From: a virus
Lineage: Duplodnaviria > Heunggongvirae > Uroviricota > Caudoviricetes
Virus record (IMG/VR): IMGVR_UViG_2718218129_000003
Reading direction: 5' to 3' (one strand)
DNA: 38,372 bases
Made by a program: the position numbers and the translations under genes. Below, piece by piece: positions 28,550 through 37,319 of the stretch (its first letter is position 1; every line of letters starts with the position of its first letter). The notes under the pieces were generated by a model that worked only from the letters and a program-made list of their open reading frames with translations, did not search any database and was not told the origin of the DNA.

Positions 28550-29521
28550 CTAACTTCCCTTTATTTTTAGTTCGTTAAAAATATCTTCGATTACCAATCC
28601 ATTTTTAATTAAATGCTGCACAATATTTTCATATTCTTTGAAATTGTCAATATGCAAGCCATGATCTTTTTCTTTAGCAATTCTCGTGATCACATGTACG
28701 CTATCTGTATAATCAATCTTATTTTTAAGAGCATTGAGCAAACTTATACTTGGATTTAAAGTTGAGATTAGTTTACCAAACTCGGTTTGTAACTCTTTGG
28801 ATTGATGAGTATTAATATAATCTTCAATAAAAGCATCAAAATCTCCTTGCAACTCAACTTTAAGGTTTGCTATATCCTTCATAATATTTTCTAACTCAGA
28901 AGAGTATGGCCGACCATGTTTAAAATCGAATAAAAAAAGATTTGCTTTCTCAATACATTCGCAAATATAAAAAACTGTATAAAGGGAATATTTTTGCTTA
29001 ACTTTTAATTTTCCATAGGCGTAGTGAACCAAAAGATGCTTAGCATTAATAACATTTTTATTTTTTGAAAGTTGATTGTTAGTTGCAGGCGGATAAATTA
29101 CCACATCAACATTATCTAAATTTTGAAAAGTTTTTAAAATAAGAGCCTCAACCTTATTCCAATCGAGGCCCCCATTACCACAGCCTAAAGGTGGTATTGA
29201 TATTGATGTAATTTTTTTTTCATCTATAATTTTTGCTAAAGATTCAAGGCCTTGCGAGATAAAATCATATGTTGATTTTTTTCTCCAACTATCTTTAGTG
29301 GGAAAGTTTACAATTATTTTTCCCTTTTCCTCTACAATTAAAACCTGTCCAATTTTCATTGTACCAGTGGCGCATGCTCTCTTATAAACTTCGAAATTAT
29401 AGGGAAAAGTTTCTTTAAAAGCCAAAGCAATACCCTTTCCCATGACTCCTTGGCAGTTTACAGCATTCACAAGAGCTTGCGATGTAGAGTTTAGAAGATT
29501 TCCGCTTGCATACTTAATCAT
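28550..29521 (-). CDS. darG: DarG-like antitoxin (N-terminal macrodomain ADP-ribosyl hydrolase)
   Basis: Macrodomain motifs GNLL…ALVNAVNCQGVMGKGIALAFK…NFPTK…IPPLGCGNGGLDW. Directly downstream of the DarT gene. Confidence 0.8.
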   Translation of the reverse strand: MIKYASGNLLNSTSQALVNAVNCQGVMGKGIALAFKETFPYNFEVYKRACATGTMKIGQVLIVEEKGKIIVNFPTKDSWRKKSTYDFISQGLESLAKIIDEKKITSISIPPLGCGNGGLDWNKVEALILKTFQNLDNVDVVIYPPATNNQLSKNKNVINAKHLLVHYAYGKLKVKQKYSLYTVFYICECIEKANLFLFDFKHGRPYSSELENIMKDIANLKVELQGDFDAFIEDYINTHQSKELQTEFGKLISTLNPSISLLNALKNKIDYTDSVHVITRIAKEKDHGLHIDNFKEYENIVQHLIKNGLVIEDIFNELKIKGS

Positions 29522-29525
29522 AGAA

Positions 29526-30107
29526 TTAGAACATATAAGTGTTGATCGTTATCAATATACTTAATCCTTGTTGTTTTATCAACCCTTCAACATATTTTTT
29601 TTCGTTATCATTTTTGACAAAGATGCAATGGAAATTTTTCGGCTCGACCGTTACACTTGATAAACACTCAGCCATACATACAGATTTGCATTCTGCATTT
29701 TTATAATCCCTTATATTCATTAGCTCCCAGTCAATTTGGGCCATTCCTTGTTCATAATCTAAGAGGTCTATAACAGAACTGGTGGATAATGGATGTTTAG
29801 GGATAACTTTCCAACCATTTTCTTTGGCAAATGCCCGACAAACCGAAATAATACAAAATGATTTTTCCTTATGATCTTTCAGGACTCTTCCATCAAATGG
29901 ATTCTTAGTAAAGAAATGAAAAGGAACCATTGTTTGCAAATTTAATGCTTCGCGACCTGTTATTATTTCACCGTCGGCCACATCAACAAACTCACCTTTT
30001 ACTGATGCACGAGATCTTAATCCTGTATCTAAAATACTAGGTAGATTATCCATACATGTTAAATGATAGAGAAGATACTGATCTTCAATTCTTTTCCTTT
30101 CGCTCAT
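29526..30107 (-). CDS. darT: DarT-like DNA ADP-ribosyltransferase toxin (DUF4433)
   Basis: N-terminal LLYHLTCMDNLPSILDTGL, plus VPFHFF and a C-terminal AEC motif. Tightly linked upstream of the macrodomain gene. Confidence 0.8.
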   Translation of the reverse strand: MSERKRIEDQYLLYHLTCMDNLPSILDTGLRSRASVKGEFVDVADGEIITGREALNLQTMVPFHFFTKNPFDGRVLKDHKEKSFCIISVCRAFAKENGWKVIPKHPLSTSSVIDLLDYEQGMAQIDWELMNIRDYKNAECKSVCMAECLSSVTVEPKNFHCIFVKNDNEKKYVEGLIKQQGLSILITINTYMF

Positions 30108-30574
30108 TTCAACTCATCCTTTCAAATTCGTAAGTCTATTTATAGAACCAAACCTCACTGGCAGTCAAGGTTTTTAAGATTATTCACATTGCCTTCTGCC
30201 TGTCGATCTAATTATTTTCGATTTTTTGGGTATGATTTGGCATTATTGATATACAAGGTAAAACAATTTTTCAGTAGTTTACTGACGCTGAGTGATTACG
30301 ATAGCTAGCTTGGGAAGGAAATGGCCATAGTGCATGTGCTGAACAAAATGAAAAAGGCAGGGACATTCTGGTCTTCCCCATGAGTATGGATTTTCATTGC
30401 ATCGATGGGTATGAGCAACGTCCCCTTGATTAAGGATAGCGTTGCATCGACCCGTTGAACTCACAACACAAATCGTACAATCACTTATCAAAATGGCCGC
30501 CCACCTTACGCCTCGTTTCACTCGCTACCCAAACTAGCCCCCATCAGAATGAATCCTCCTGGGGGCAATGTTTC

Positions 30575-30808
30575 TTAATGCAGCCAGCTGTCGTCCTCCC
30601 ACACCTTCTGCATAATTTTCATCACTTGTTTTCTTTCTTCATCCAGTTGCAGTCCGGTTAGTTCCACACCGTTAGAGCTACCTTTGCGAATGCGAATTAC
30701 CGTTTTGGGATACAGGGGGCGCAGATTGCGGTAAAGCTCGGATTCAAGGGCGTCCAGGGTAGACTGGCTAATCTTCTGCTCTTTATCGATCATTATTTCA
30801 ATGCGCAT
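30575..30808 (-). CDS. DinI-like protein
   Basis: 77-aa product MRIEIMIDKEQ…WEDDSWLH, similar in length and pattern to E. coli DinI (MRIEVTIAK…WESADDWF). GGTGA ribosome-binding site; start 10 nt after the stop of the upstream ORF. Confidence 0.7.
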   Translation of the reverse strand: MRIEIMIDKEQKISQSTLDALESELYRNLRPLYPKTVIRIRKGSSNGVELTGLQLDEERKQVMKIMQKVWEDDSWLH

Positions 30809-30818
30809 AAAAGTCACC

Positions 30819-31007
30819 TCAGCTGATGACATCCATTGAGCGGTTGTATTCGTGGCTTCTGATTTTTGCCATGAGTTCATCTGTCAGTTCAGAAACCCAC
30901 TGCAGAGCCAGCCCTTTCTCTTCATCACTACACTCACTAGCCGCTACAAGCTTAAGAAAAAAATCAATGCGCTGGAGCTTCAAAGACTCCAAAAAATAGT
31001 CCTGCAT
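30819..31007 (-). CDS. Small hypothetical protein, first gene of the LexA-box module
   Basis: 62-aa ORF with a strong AGGAGGA ribosome-binding site, translationally coupled to the DinI-like gene. Confidence 0.5.
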   Translation of the reverse strand: MQDYFLESLKLQRIDFFLKLVAASECSDEEKGLALQWVSELTDELMAKIRSHEYNRSMDVIS

Positions 31008-31049
31008 CTTTCCTCCTATGACACCAAAGCAATACTGTATACATAACCA

Positions 31050-31065
31050 CTGTTTATATTTACAG
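31050..31065. promoter_or_regulatory. LexA (SOS) box
   Basis: CTGTTTATATTTACAG fits the CTGT-N8-ACAG consensus. Lies 43 bp upstream of the 62-aa ORF start in an AT-rich promoter region. Confidence 0.6.
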
Positions 31066-31159
31066 TATATAATAATCTTACTGATGTAAAACGTTTTTTT
31101 ACGTTCATCAGCCTGATATGCCTAGTATTATTAAGAGCACGAATTGTTAACCCGCGTAA

Positions 31160-33574
31160 TTAATACAGATCCCGCCACTTATCATCTTCCTGCAAACGCT
31201 GGTTCCGATAGAAGATACGCAGGCCTGCTCCTGACGGAATACTGCCACCGCGAAGGAGTAAATCGACCTCTTTCTCGCTTCCATCAAATCCTCTGGACTT
31301 CAGTTCATAGACGAGCTGCTGTCGCTGATGATCTGTAATTCGCTGTTTGTAGTCTCTACGCCGTTTCGGTTTCACCAGGCGTAACCTTGCAGCCAGTTCC
31401 CGGCGCTCTTTTTTGTTCATACTGTGCAGGTAATCGTGCAATTCCTTGTCATCCATGCAGGTGATATCCGTTCTGGTATCCCCATCAGCTGATTTGTCTT
31501 TCCCTTGTTGGTACAAATTTTCAGCAAGGGGACAGTTATTGCCACGAGTCCAAGGGGCGCAAGCGCCCTGGTCGGCTGCCGCCTCCTGAACGTCAACGGC
31601 TTTACGAACCATTTTCCACTTCACTGCATGAGTGCAGATCTTGCCCTCTGCAATGGGTGACCAGATGCCATAAATACGAATGCCGTGATCGCCATAGGCG
31701 GTCGGCTCTTCGTTGATTTCATAAGCGGTTCTGATGAGGTGATATTTACGGGGAACCAGTACGCCGCCCTGCGTCATGATGTAGGTGGCAAAACAACCAG
31801 CATCAGCAGCAGCCAGGATGGCATCAAGGCGCGGGTTATCCAGTACCGGCGCACCTGCTTTTTTGTCCCCCTTTTGCCTTACCGCCTGACCAGCCAGCAA
31901 TCGCAGTTCACGGTAAGCCTGACGCCCCGGAATGCCAAAGAAGCGGAATTGCTGAACACGATGCAAAGACGCCCAGGCATTCACGTATTCAGCGTTATCA
32001 CGCAGAGATTTACCCGTTTCCTTGCTGATCTCGCCAGCCAGACCACGCCCGTCAATGTTCTTACTGATGTATTTCGCTATGTAGCTTGTCGGCGTTCCTT
32101 TGCGCGGGTTAATCAGCTCAGACTTAAAGCGCGGCCCCGTGTTATTGCCCAGCTCCTCGCGGTCTTCACGGATAGCAAACTTACGCAACAATGCTGTAAT
32201 GGCGCGGCGGTCTTTTTTGCGCATGAAACACAACAGGTGCCAGTGAACTGTGCCGTCGTGATGCGGCTCAGCCACCCGCACGCCATACCAGCGCAACCCG
32301 GCTTTGTGCATCGCCTTACGAAATGCAGCAAACATACCGACCAGATAATCGCTGCTTTGTCTTACCGTCGCATTTGTCCAGGTCGGGTTGGGCCTGCCGT
32401 TATTTAGCGTGGAATGGAAACGTGACGGACAGGTGATGGTGTAGAAAACGGCGCAGTCACCGCGCATTTCCGCGATAAGCTCCAGACCTTTAACACAGGC
32501 CATCATCTCATTGCGGCGATGCGCAGGGTTGCTGCTGCTGGCGTTTACCACATCCTCCATGTCTAGCGTGTCGCCGTCTTCGTTCACCAGTTCATGAGAA
32601 CGGAAAAACTCCAGCGACTTACGGCGCTGCTCACGTTTATGCAACACGGCTTCATAGCTGACATAGGGAGATGCTTTTTTGCTGACAAGGCAGACAGCAC
32701 GCAACTGCTCTTCCCGCCATTCGCAACGCATCTTCCATAATTTCCGATACCACCAGTCGGCGCACAACATACGCGCCAGCGAACCCGGAATGAGTTCATA
32801 GGGCACGGGTTTACGGCGGTTTCTTTTCCGACGGAGTTGCTCAAACGCAGGCGGGATGACATCCAGACGCAGGGTTTCCGCTGCCACCCTTTCCCATGTA
32901 TTGCGGATTTCTTCTGGCTTAACGTCATCGGTGGCATACAAATCGCCACAAGCGGCATCAAGGCACATACTCATATGCGCAGCTACCAGGGTGGACAGGC
33001 GTTTCACCTGATCCTGACTCATTTCAGGCAGGATCAGCAGGCCGTCCAGCCCTTCATGGCTTGCCATAAAGCGAAAAGATGCAGATAGCTGACTGTCGCG
33101 TACATGCTCCAGTCGTTCCAGACATGGCTTAATCGTCTCACGTAAATAGCGGGAATAAGCCTTTGGCCTGCCCAGGCTGCTGAAGTATTCAATACGTTGC
33201 ATCAGCGGCTTGCTGATATGGGAAGGCTGGGCGTTGACGTCCGCCAGAATGACCATATCCGGATTAAAACGCTGCTGCTCATGCGCCAGCTTTGCCCGAC
33301 TAATGAGCTTATCCTGTTCCATTTCGCGCTGGACAGGATCACGGGATTCATTAAAGAAATAACGCTCCCAGACCTGATCACTCAGCGCCTCACGGCGCAG
33401 CTGTTCCTGCTCGTTATCGGCAGCGTACAGAGTGATCAGGTTTGAAAGCGTAGAAACCGGCGCAACTTCCACCGGGTCCAGATAAGGGTTAATGGCCTTT
33501 TTCGAGCTGTTCCATGAGAACGATGCGGCAGCTTCGTTAAAGCCGCAGCAGTTGTTCATATCGGCATGACTCAT
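31160..33574 (-). CDS. A: Replication initiation endonuclease (P2 gpA-like rolling-circle initiator)
   Basis: 804-aa ORF with the tyrosine motif YIAKYISK typical of rolling-circle Rep proteins. Located at the end of the early operon. Confidence 0.85.
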   Translation of the reverse strand: MSHADMNNCCGFNEAAASFSWNSSKKAINPYLDPVEVAPVSTLSNLITLYAADNEQEQLRREALSDQVWERYFFNESRDPVQREMEQDKLISRAKLAHEQQRFNPDMVILADVNAQPSHISKPLMQRIEYFSSLGRPKAYSRYLRETIKPCLERLEHVRDSQLSASFRFMASHEGLDGLLILPEMSQDQVKRLSTLVAAHMSMCLDAACGDLYATDDVKPEEIRNTWERVAAETLRLDVIPPAFEQLRRKRNRRKPVPYELIPGSLARMLCADWWYRKLWKMRCEWREEQLRAVCLVSKKASPYVSYEAVLHKREQRRKSLEFFRSHELVNEDGDTLDMEDVVNASSSNPAHRRNEMMACVKGLELIAEMRGDCAVFYTITCPSRFHSTLNNGRPNPTWTNATVRQSSDYLVGMFAAFRKAMHKAGLRWYGVRVAEPHHDGTVHWHLLCFMRKKDRRAITALLRKFAIREDREELGNNTGPRFKSELINPRKGTPTSYIAKYISKNIDGRGLAGEISKETGKSLRDNAEYVNAWASLHRVQQFRFFGIPGRQAYRELRLLAGQAVRQKGDKKAGAPVLDNPRLDAILAAADAGCFATYIMTQGGVLVPRKYHLIRTAYEINEEPTAYGDHGIRIYGIWSPIAEGKICTHAVKWKMVRKAVDVQEAAADQGACAPWTRGNNCPLAENLYQQGKDKSADGDTRTDITCMDDKELHDYLHSMNKKERRELAARLRLVKPKRRRDYKQRITDHQRQQLVYELKSRGFDGSEKEVDLLLRGGSIPSGAGLRIFYRNQRLQEDDKWRDLY

Positions 33575-34428
33575 GCACGTACTCCGTACACGGCAGAACT
33601 ATCCACGCCACGCGAATAATCAAATCCCACCCAGCAGCGCGGCCCGGAAACAGCAATGATTTCTGTTGCTGATTTACCCTCGCCAGCTGCCACACCGATG
33701 CTGCGTTTTGCCTTGATGTAGTGGTGAGTAAAATTGCGATACAGCGAACGGATCAGGGATGTGTCACTGTTAGAAACAATGACCGGATGTCCTTCTGATA
33801 ACCGATGTTCAAGAACAGATGCCAGGTGATACTGGTCATCTTCAGTGAAGCCGTCAGTGTGATAGCCGGAAAACGTACCGTCATACGGCGGATCGCAATA
33901 CACCACATCCCCCGCCTTCAACATCGCCAGCGTTTCATCAAAGCTGGCGCAGATAAACGTTGCTCGCTGGGCCTTTTCTGCAAATGCGCGAATTTCTTTT
34001 TCAGGGAAATATGGATTTTTATAATTACCGTAGGGAATGTTGAAATGCCCGCTCTTGTTATAGCGACATAAACCACGGTAACCGTGACGATTGAGATACA
34101 GGAAATATACCGCTTTCATGAAATCAGTAATTTCAGTTGAGTAATTAAACTCCTGCCTTATATTGTAATAAGCCACCTCCCTGTTTGCGATCTCAAATAA
34201 AACTCTGGCGCGAGATATAAACGATTCACAATCAGCGGCAACCTTTTTATAGAGGTTGATTAAATCAGGATTAATATCCGCAACCAGATAGCTGGGATAA
34301 TCCGTCTCCATCATCACAGCACAGGAACCCGCGAAAGGTTCAACCAGTCGCGGGCCAGCAGGAAGATGTTTTTTTAGTTCGGACATTATGGCAGTTTTAT
34401 TTCCCGCCCATTTCAGGATGGTGCTCAT
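33571..34428 (-). CDS. DNA adenine methyltransferase (Dam family)
   Basis: Motifs EPFAGSCAV (AdoMet binding) and CDPPY (catalytic). Start chosen at [11 protein letters not shown]; the ORF track extends to 34488. Confidence 0.85.
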   Translation of the reverse strand: MSTILKWAGNKTAIMSELKKHLPAGPRLVEPFAGSCAVMMETDYPSYLVADINPDLINLYKKVAADCESFISRARVLFEIANREVAYYNIRQEFNYSTEITDFMKAVYFLYLNRHGYRGLCRYNKSGHFNIPYGNYKNPYFPEKEIRAFAEKAQRATFICASFDETLAMLKAGDVVYCDPPYDGTFSGYHTDGFTEDDQYHLASVLEHRLSEGHPVIVSNSDTSLIRSLYRNFTHHYIKAKRSIGVAAGEGKSATEIIAVSGPRCWVGFDYSRGVDSSAVYGVRA

Positions 34429-34652
34429 ACAGCACCTCCGTTGTAATGTTTGCCTTTCAGCTCTGCGATTTCCTGACAGGTAATGCAAAGCTGCACACCC
34501 GGAATGGCACGGCGGCGTGCTGGCGGAATTGGCGCTTCACACTCAATGCAAAGCACGCGGGACACGCCCGGCGTTTTGGCACGGGCAGCACGGATATGGC
34601 GTTGGCGTTCTTCTTCAACGCGCTGCTGTACGAGATCCATTGCATCAGCCAT
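34425..34652 (-). CDS. TraR/DksA-family C4 zinc-finger protein
   Basis: CIECEAPI…CITCQ double CxxC motif in a 75-aa ORF. Confidence 0.65.
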   Translation of the reverse strand: MADAMDLVQQRVEEERQRHIRAARAKTPGVSRVLCIECEAPIPPARRRAIPGVQLCITCQEIAELKGKHYNGGAV

Positions 34653-34891
34653 TAGTGGATCTCCTGCGCTTCGTTCTGGATTGCTTCAGCAGTCACACGA
34701 AGCAGTTCTGCCGCTTCGACGTGGGTTAGCTGGCGGGATGTGATATGACACGCCAGGCTATCAAGGCGAGCTGCCATTGCTTCAGCCCTTGCCCGGCGTT
34801 CTTCCAGACGAGCCTCTGTCAGTAAAATATTAAGCCCTGCGTCATCCGGTCCGGTTTTGGTCGAGAGGGTTTCAATATTACGCATAATCAA
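34652..34891 (-). CDS. Hypothetical early protein
   Basis: 79-aa ORF in the early operon, coupled to the downstream gene. Confidence 0.5.
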   Translation of the reverse strand: MIMRNIETLSTKTGPDDAGLNILLTEARLEERRARAEAMAARLDSLACHITSRQLTHVEAAELLRVTAEAIQNEAQEIH

Positions 34892-34952
34892 TTCTCCTGA
34901 ATTTAGATAAAGGGATGCCCGGCGGGTTTACGCCATTAATTTCATTAGTTGG

Positions 34953-35294
34953 TTAATTCGGCATGGTTAGCCGTCTGGGAAATAAGCTCACCACTGCACG
35001 AAAATGATTCATTGCTTTAATCAACTCCCGCTTTTCGTCAGTGGTCAGCTCATTAATGCTGATGCTATGACGTTCAGCTGGAATTTTTGCCATAAAGAAT
35101 ATGGCAGCCAGTGCCCGTTTATTTTGTTCGCTATTAATATCCCGTGAATCACGCATATCTTTAATAAACCGCTCAAGCTCTGACTCAATATTCAGGCCAA
35201 AAACTTTCGCCCTTAACTCCGCAATGTGATTAAGTCCATTCAGGCGTTCACCGGGGCTTAATGGAACAGTCGCCGCAGTGCCTTCAATAGCCAT
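34953..35294 (-). CDS. Hypothetical early protein
   Basis: 113-aa ORF in the early operon. Confidence 0.5.
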   Translation of the reverse strand: MAIEGTAATVPLSPGERLNGLNHIAELRAKVFGLNIESELERFIKDMRDSRDINSEQNKRALAAIFFMAKIPAERHSISINELTTDEKRELIKAMNHFRAVVSLFPRRLTMPN

Positions 35295-35457
35295 TTGTTC
35301 CCCCGTTTTTTCGTAGATAGTTCTGCCAGCAATTCATCTTGTGAACGGCACGGATGCCAGCGTTTACCATCCTCCCCCATGATCCAGCCGTGACCGTAAT
35401 GCATTGCCGGGCTTTGTTTAACCAGCAGCGATGCAAATGATGGTTCTTTCGTCAGCA
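35258..35457 (-). CDS. Hypothetical small early protein
   Basis: Start chosen at MLTKEP with a GAGGTG ribosome-binding site overlapping the upstream stop. Position corresponds to 186 fil/dhr-type early genes. Confidence 0.45.
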
Positions 35458-35465
35458 TAAGCACC

Positions 35466-35981
35466 TCACAGCAAACCAAATGAAGCACCGAGGCCAGTCA
35501 CGGTATCAACTGCACTCGCCATCGCAGGATTAGCCTGTAAACGGGCCTGCAATGAAACAGCCGCCAGCGCCATCAGTCGTGTTACAGAGTTAATGCTGCT
35601 GATAGCATCACGACGACCGGCACAGGTTTTTACATCGCCAGACACCGCACCTGCAGCAACACGCCCGATCTCTGCGGTTGCACTCATGACGTAATGTGGC
35701 AGTTTCTCTTTTGCCACCTCATTAATCGGTACACATGGCAGACAATGAATCTGTGCCAGAAAACCATCTACCAGCGTTGAATCTTCAGTCAGATCGGTAA
35801 GCAGCCAGATTTCTGGTGCGGTTAATAAATGAGGCTGAGCTGGGTTCAGCTTGTTCCGCAGAATCTGCACATTCATGCCTGCACGTTCTGCCAGTTGCAC
35901 CAGATTGTGGCGCAGTGCAAATGCACGACAGGCTTCATCAAAATGTGGATGTTTGGAAACTTGGTAATCAAACATGGTCAA
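35466..35981 (-). CDS. cII: CII-like transcriptional activator (186 CII family)
   Basis: 171-aa ORF with an HTH region ([16 protein letters not shown]). Second gene of the rightward early operon after the Apl-like gene, as in phage 186. Confidence 0.6.
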   Translation of the reverse strand: MTMFDYQVSKHPHFDEACRAFALRHNLVQLAERAGMNVQILRNKLNPAQPHLLTAPEIWLLTDLTEDSTLVDGFLAQIHCLPCVPINEVAKEKLPHYVMSATAEIGRVAAGAVSGDVKTCAGRRDAISSINSVTRLMALAAVSLQARLQANPAMASAVDTVTGLGASFGLL

Positions 35982-36007
35982 TGCCTCTGATGTATTTCAG
36001 AATCGAA

Positions 36008-36229
36008 CTAATTAAGGTTTAGATTGCATTCTGAAAGCGCATCAACGGTCATTGCTGCTATGTTGATCATCACTTTTTCGCGTTTTTTATCTTTGCGCAG
36101 ACGGTGACGGATAAGGCGTCCATCAGCCAACATGTCATTGATGGTATCGATGGATAGCCCTGTCAGCTCGCTATAGCGTTCAATAGTCACATGAGGCGTG
36201 GTAAGAGTGATTGAAATGTTAGGTCTCAT
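36008..36229 (-). CDS. Apl/Cox-like small DNA-binding protein (excision and lytic-switch regulator)
   Basis: 73-aa basic protein, first gene divergent from the repressor gene. Confidence 0.5.
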   Translation of the reverse strand: MRPNISITLTTPHVTIERYSELTGLSIDTINDMLADGRLIRHRLRKDKKREKVMINIAAMTVDALSECNLNLN

Positions 36230-36348
36230 GATGCAACATTCCTCGTTTAATGATGATTAATCAGGACGAATACGGATCGTTTGTATTTTGTGAACACCAT
36301 AAACATACGATCGCACGGTGAAATCGTCAAGATAAAAGTTCACTTGGA
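36230..36348. promoter_or_regulatory. Immunity switch region (operators and promoters for the repressor and lytic operons)
   Basis: 119-bp AT-rich gap between divergent Apl-like and CI-like genes. Confidence 0.45.
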
Positions 36349-36924
36349 GTGACCATGAATTTGGAGAAAGGCGGACGAGGCGCCATAGAGCGCATGGTAG
36401 AAGCTTATGGATTCAAGACTCGACAGGCGTTGTGCGATCATTTAGGAATCTCTAAAAGTACACTCGCCACACGCTACATGCGTGACTCATTCCCAGCAGA
36501 ATGGGTAATCCAGTGCGCCCTTGAAACAGGCACCTCGCTTAATTGGCTCACAACCGGGCATGGTTCAAAGCAAACTTCAGGTAATACAAATACTATGGAA
36601 GTTGCTAAATATGTATTATCTGATGGGGCCTTGTGTGAAGACGGTTTTTATATTTTCGATAGAGAATTTCTACCGTCGGCATTCAAGAATCTTTTTGTAA
36701 TCACAGATAATAATTCTGAATTTATTTGTGATAAGGAATTTGATGATATACGTGATGGTAAATGGGTAATAAGTATTGATGGCGAAATAACGATCCGTGA
36801 CATTACTCGTTTACCCGGTGGAAGAATCTTCGTCGAGGGTGGAAACAGAGCCTTTGAATGTAAGATAGAAGACATTGAAATAATTGGTAAAATTATAAGT
36901 TTAACAGTCAAGTATGTTAAATAG
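36349..36924 (+). CDS. cI: CI-type immunity repressor (186 CI-like)
   Basis: 191-aa ORF with an N-terminal HTH (TRQALCDHLGISKSTLATRY) and a C-terminal oligomerisation-type domain. Upstream of int in the same orientation. Confidence 0.7.
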   Translation: MTMNLEKGGRGAIERMVEAYGFKTRQALCDHLGISKSTLATRYMRDSFPAEWVIQCALETGTSLNWLTTGHGSKQTSGNTNTMEVAKYVLSDGALCEDGFYIFDREFLPSAFKNLFVITDNNSEFICDKEFDDIRDGKWVISIDGEITIRDITRLPGGRIFVEGGNRAFECKIEDIEIIGKIISLTVKYVK

Positions 36925-36939
36925 TACCGGGAGGAAATT

Positions 36940-37131
36940 ATGCTTGGTAAGGTATTTTTTGTGGTTTTGTCATGTTCTTTGTTATTAAACCCACTAGCTA
37001 CCTATGCTAGAAATTATCCCTGCTCAGGGAAAAAGGGAGGTGTTTCTCACTGTACCTCTGATGGCAAATTCGTTTGCAATGATGGAACTATTAGTAAATC
37101 CAAAAAAATCTGTACTAAAAACTCACGATAA
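36940..37131 (+). CDS. Small secreted Cys-rich hypothetical protein
   Basis: 63-aa ORF with a strong GGGAGG ribosome-binding site, an N-terminal signal peptide (…NPLATYA) and four Cys in the mature part. AT-rich. Confidence 0.45.
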   Translation: MLGKVFFVVLSCSLLLNPLATYARNYPCSGKKGGVSHCTSDGKFVCNDGTISKSKKICTKNSR

Positions 37132-37319
37132 CTTTTGCTTTTATATCTGCGCCTAAAATAAAAATGAGCCACAGGTTAACCGCAAAAGTTACATGATCAC
37201 ATAGCAAAAAGAATAGCCTACTTCATTATGGCTTCAGTGAGATGTATGGTCGCAGGATTTCATACATTGACACTGGTTATACATACAGTAAAAATGCTCT
37301 CTATTGGAGGGCATTTTTT

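Noticed and set aside
30279-30521. 80-aa ORF in the darT upstream region
   Set aside because: No ribosome-binding site, Cys/His-rich random-looking composition, and it lies in a probable promoter/leader region.
30819-31007. Frameshifted tum pseudogene (62-aa ORF and DinI-like ORF as halves of one broken gene)
   Set aside because: The downstream ORF has its own GGTGA ribosome-binding site and ATG 10 nt after the upstream stop. This is the pattern of two translationally coupled genes rather than a disrupted single gene.
25532-31159. Retron or CRISPR array in the cargo region
   Set aside because: No reverse-transcriptase-like ORF and no regularly spaced direct repeats are visible. The region is explained by the three-gene operon, cos, DarTG and the DinI-like module.
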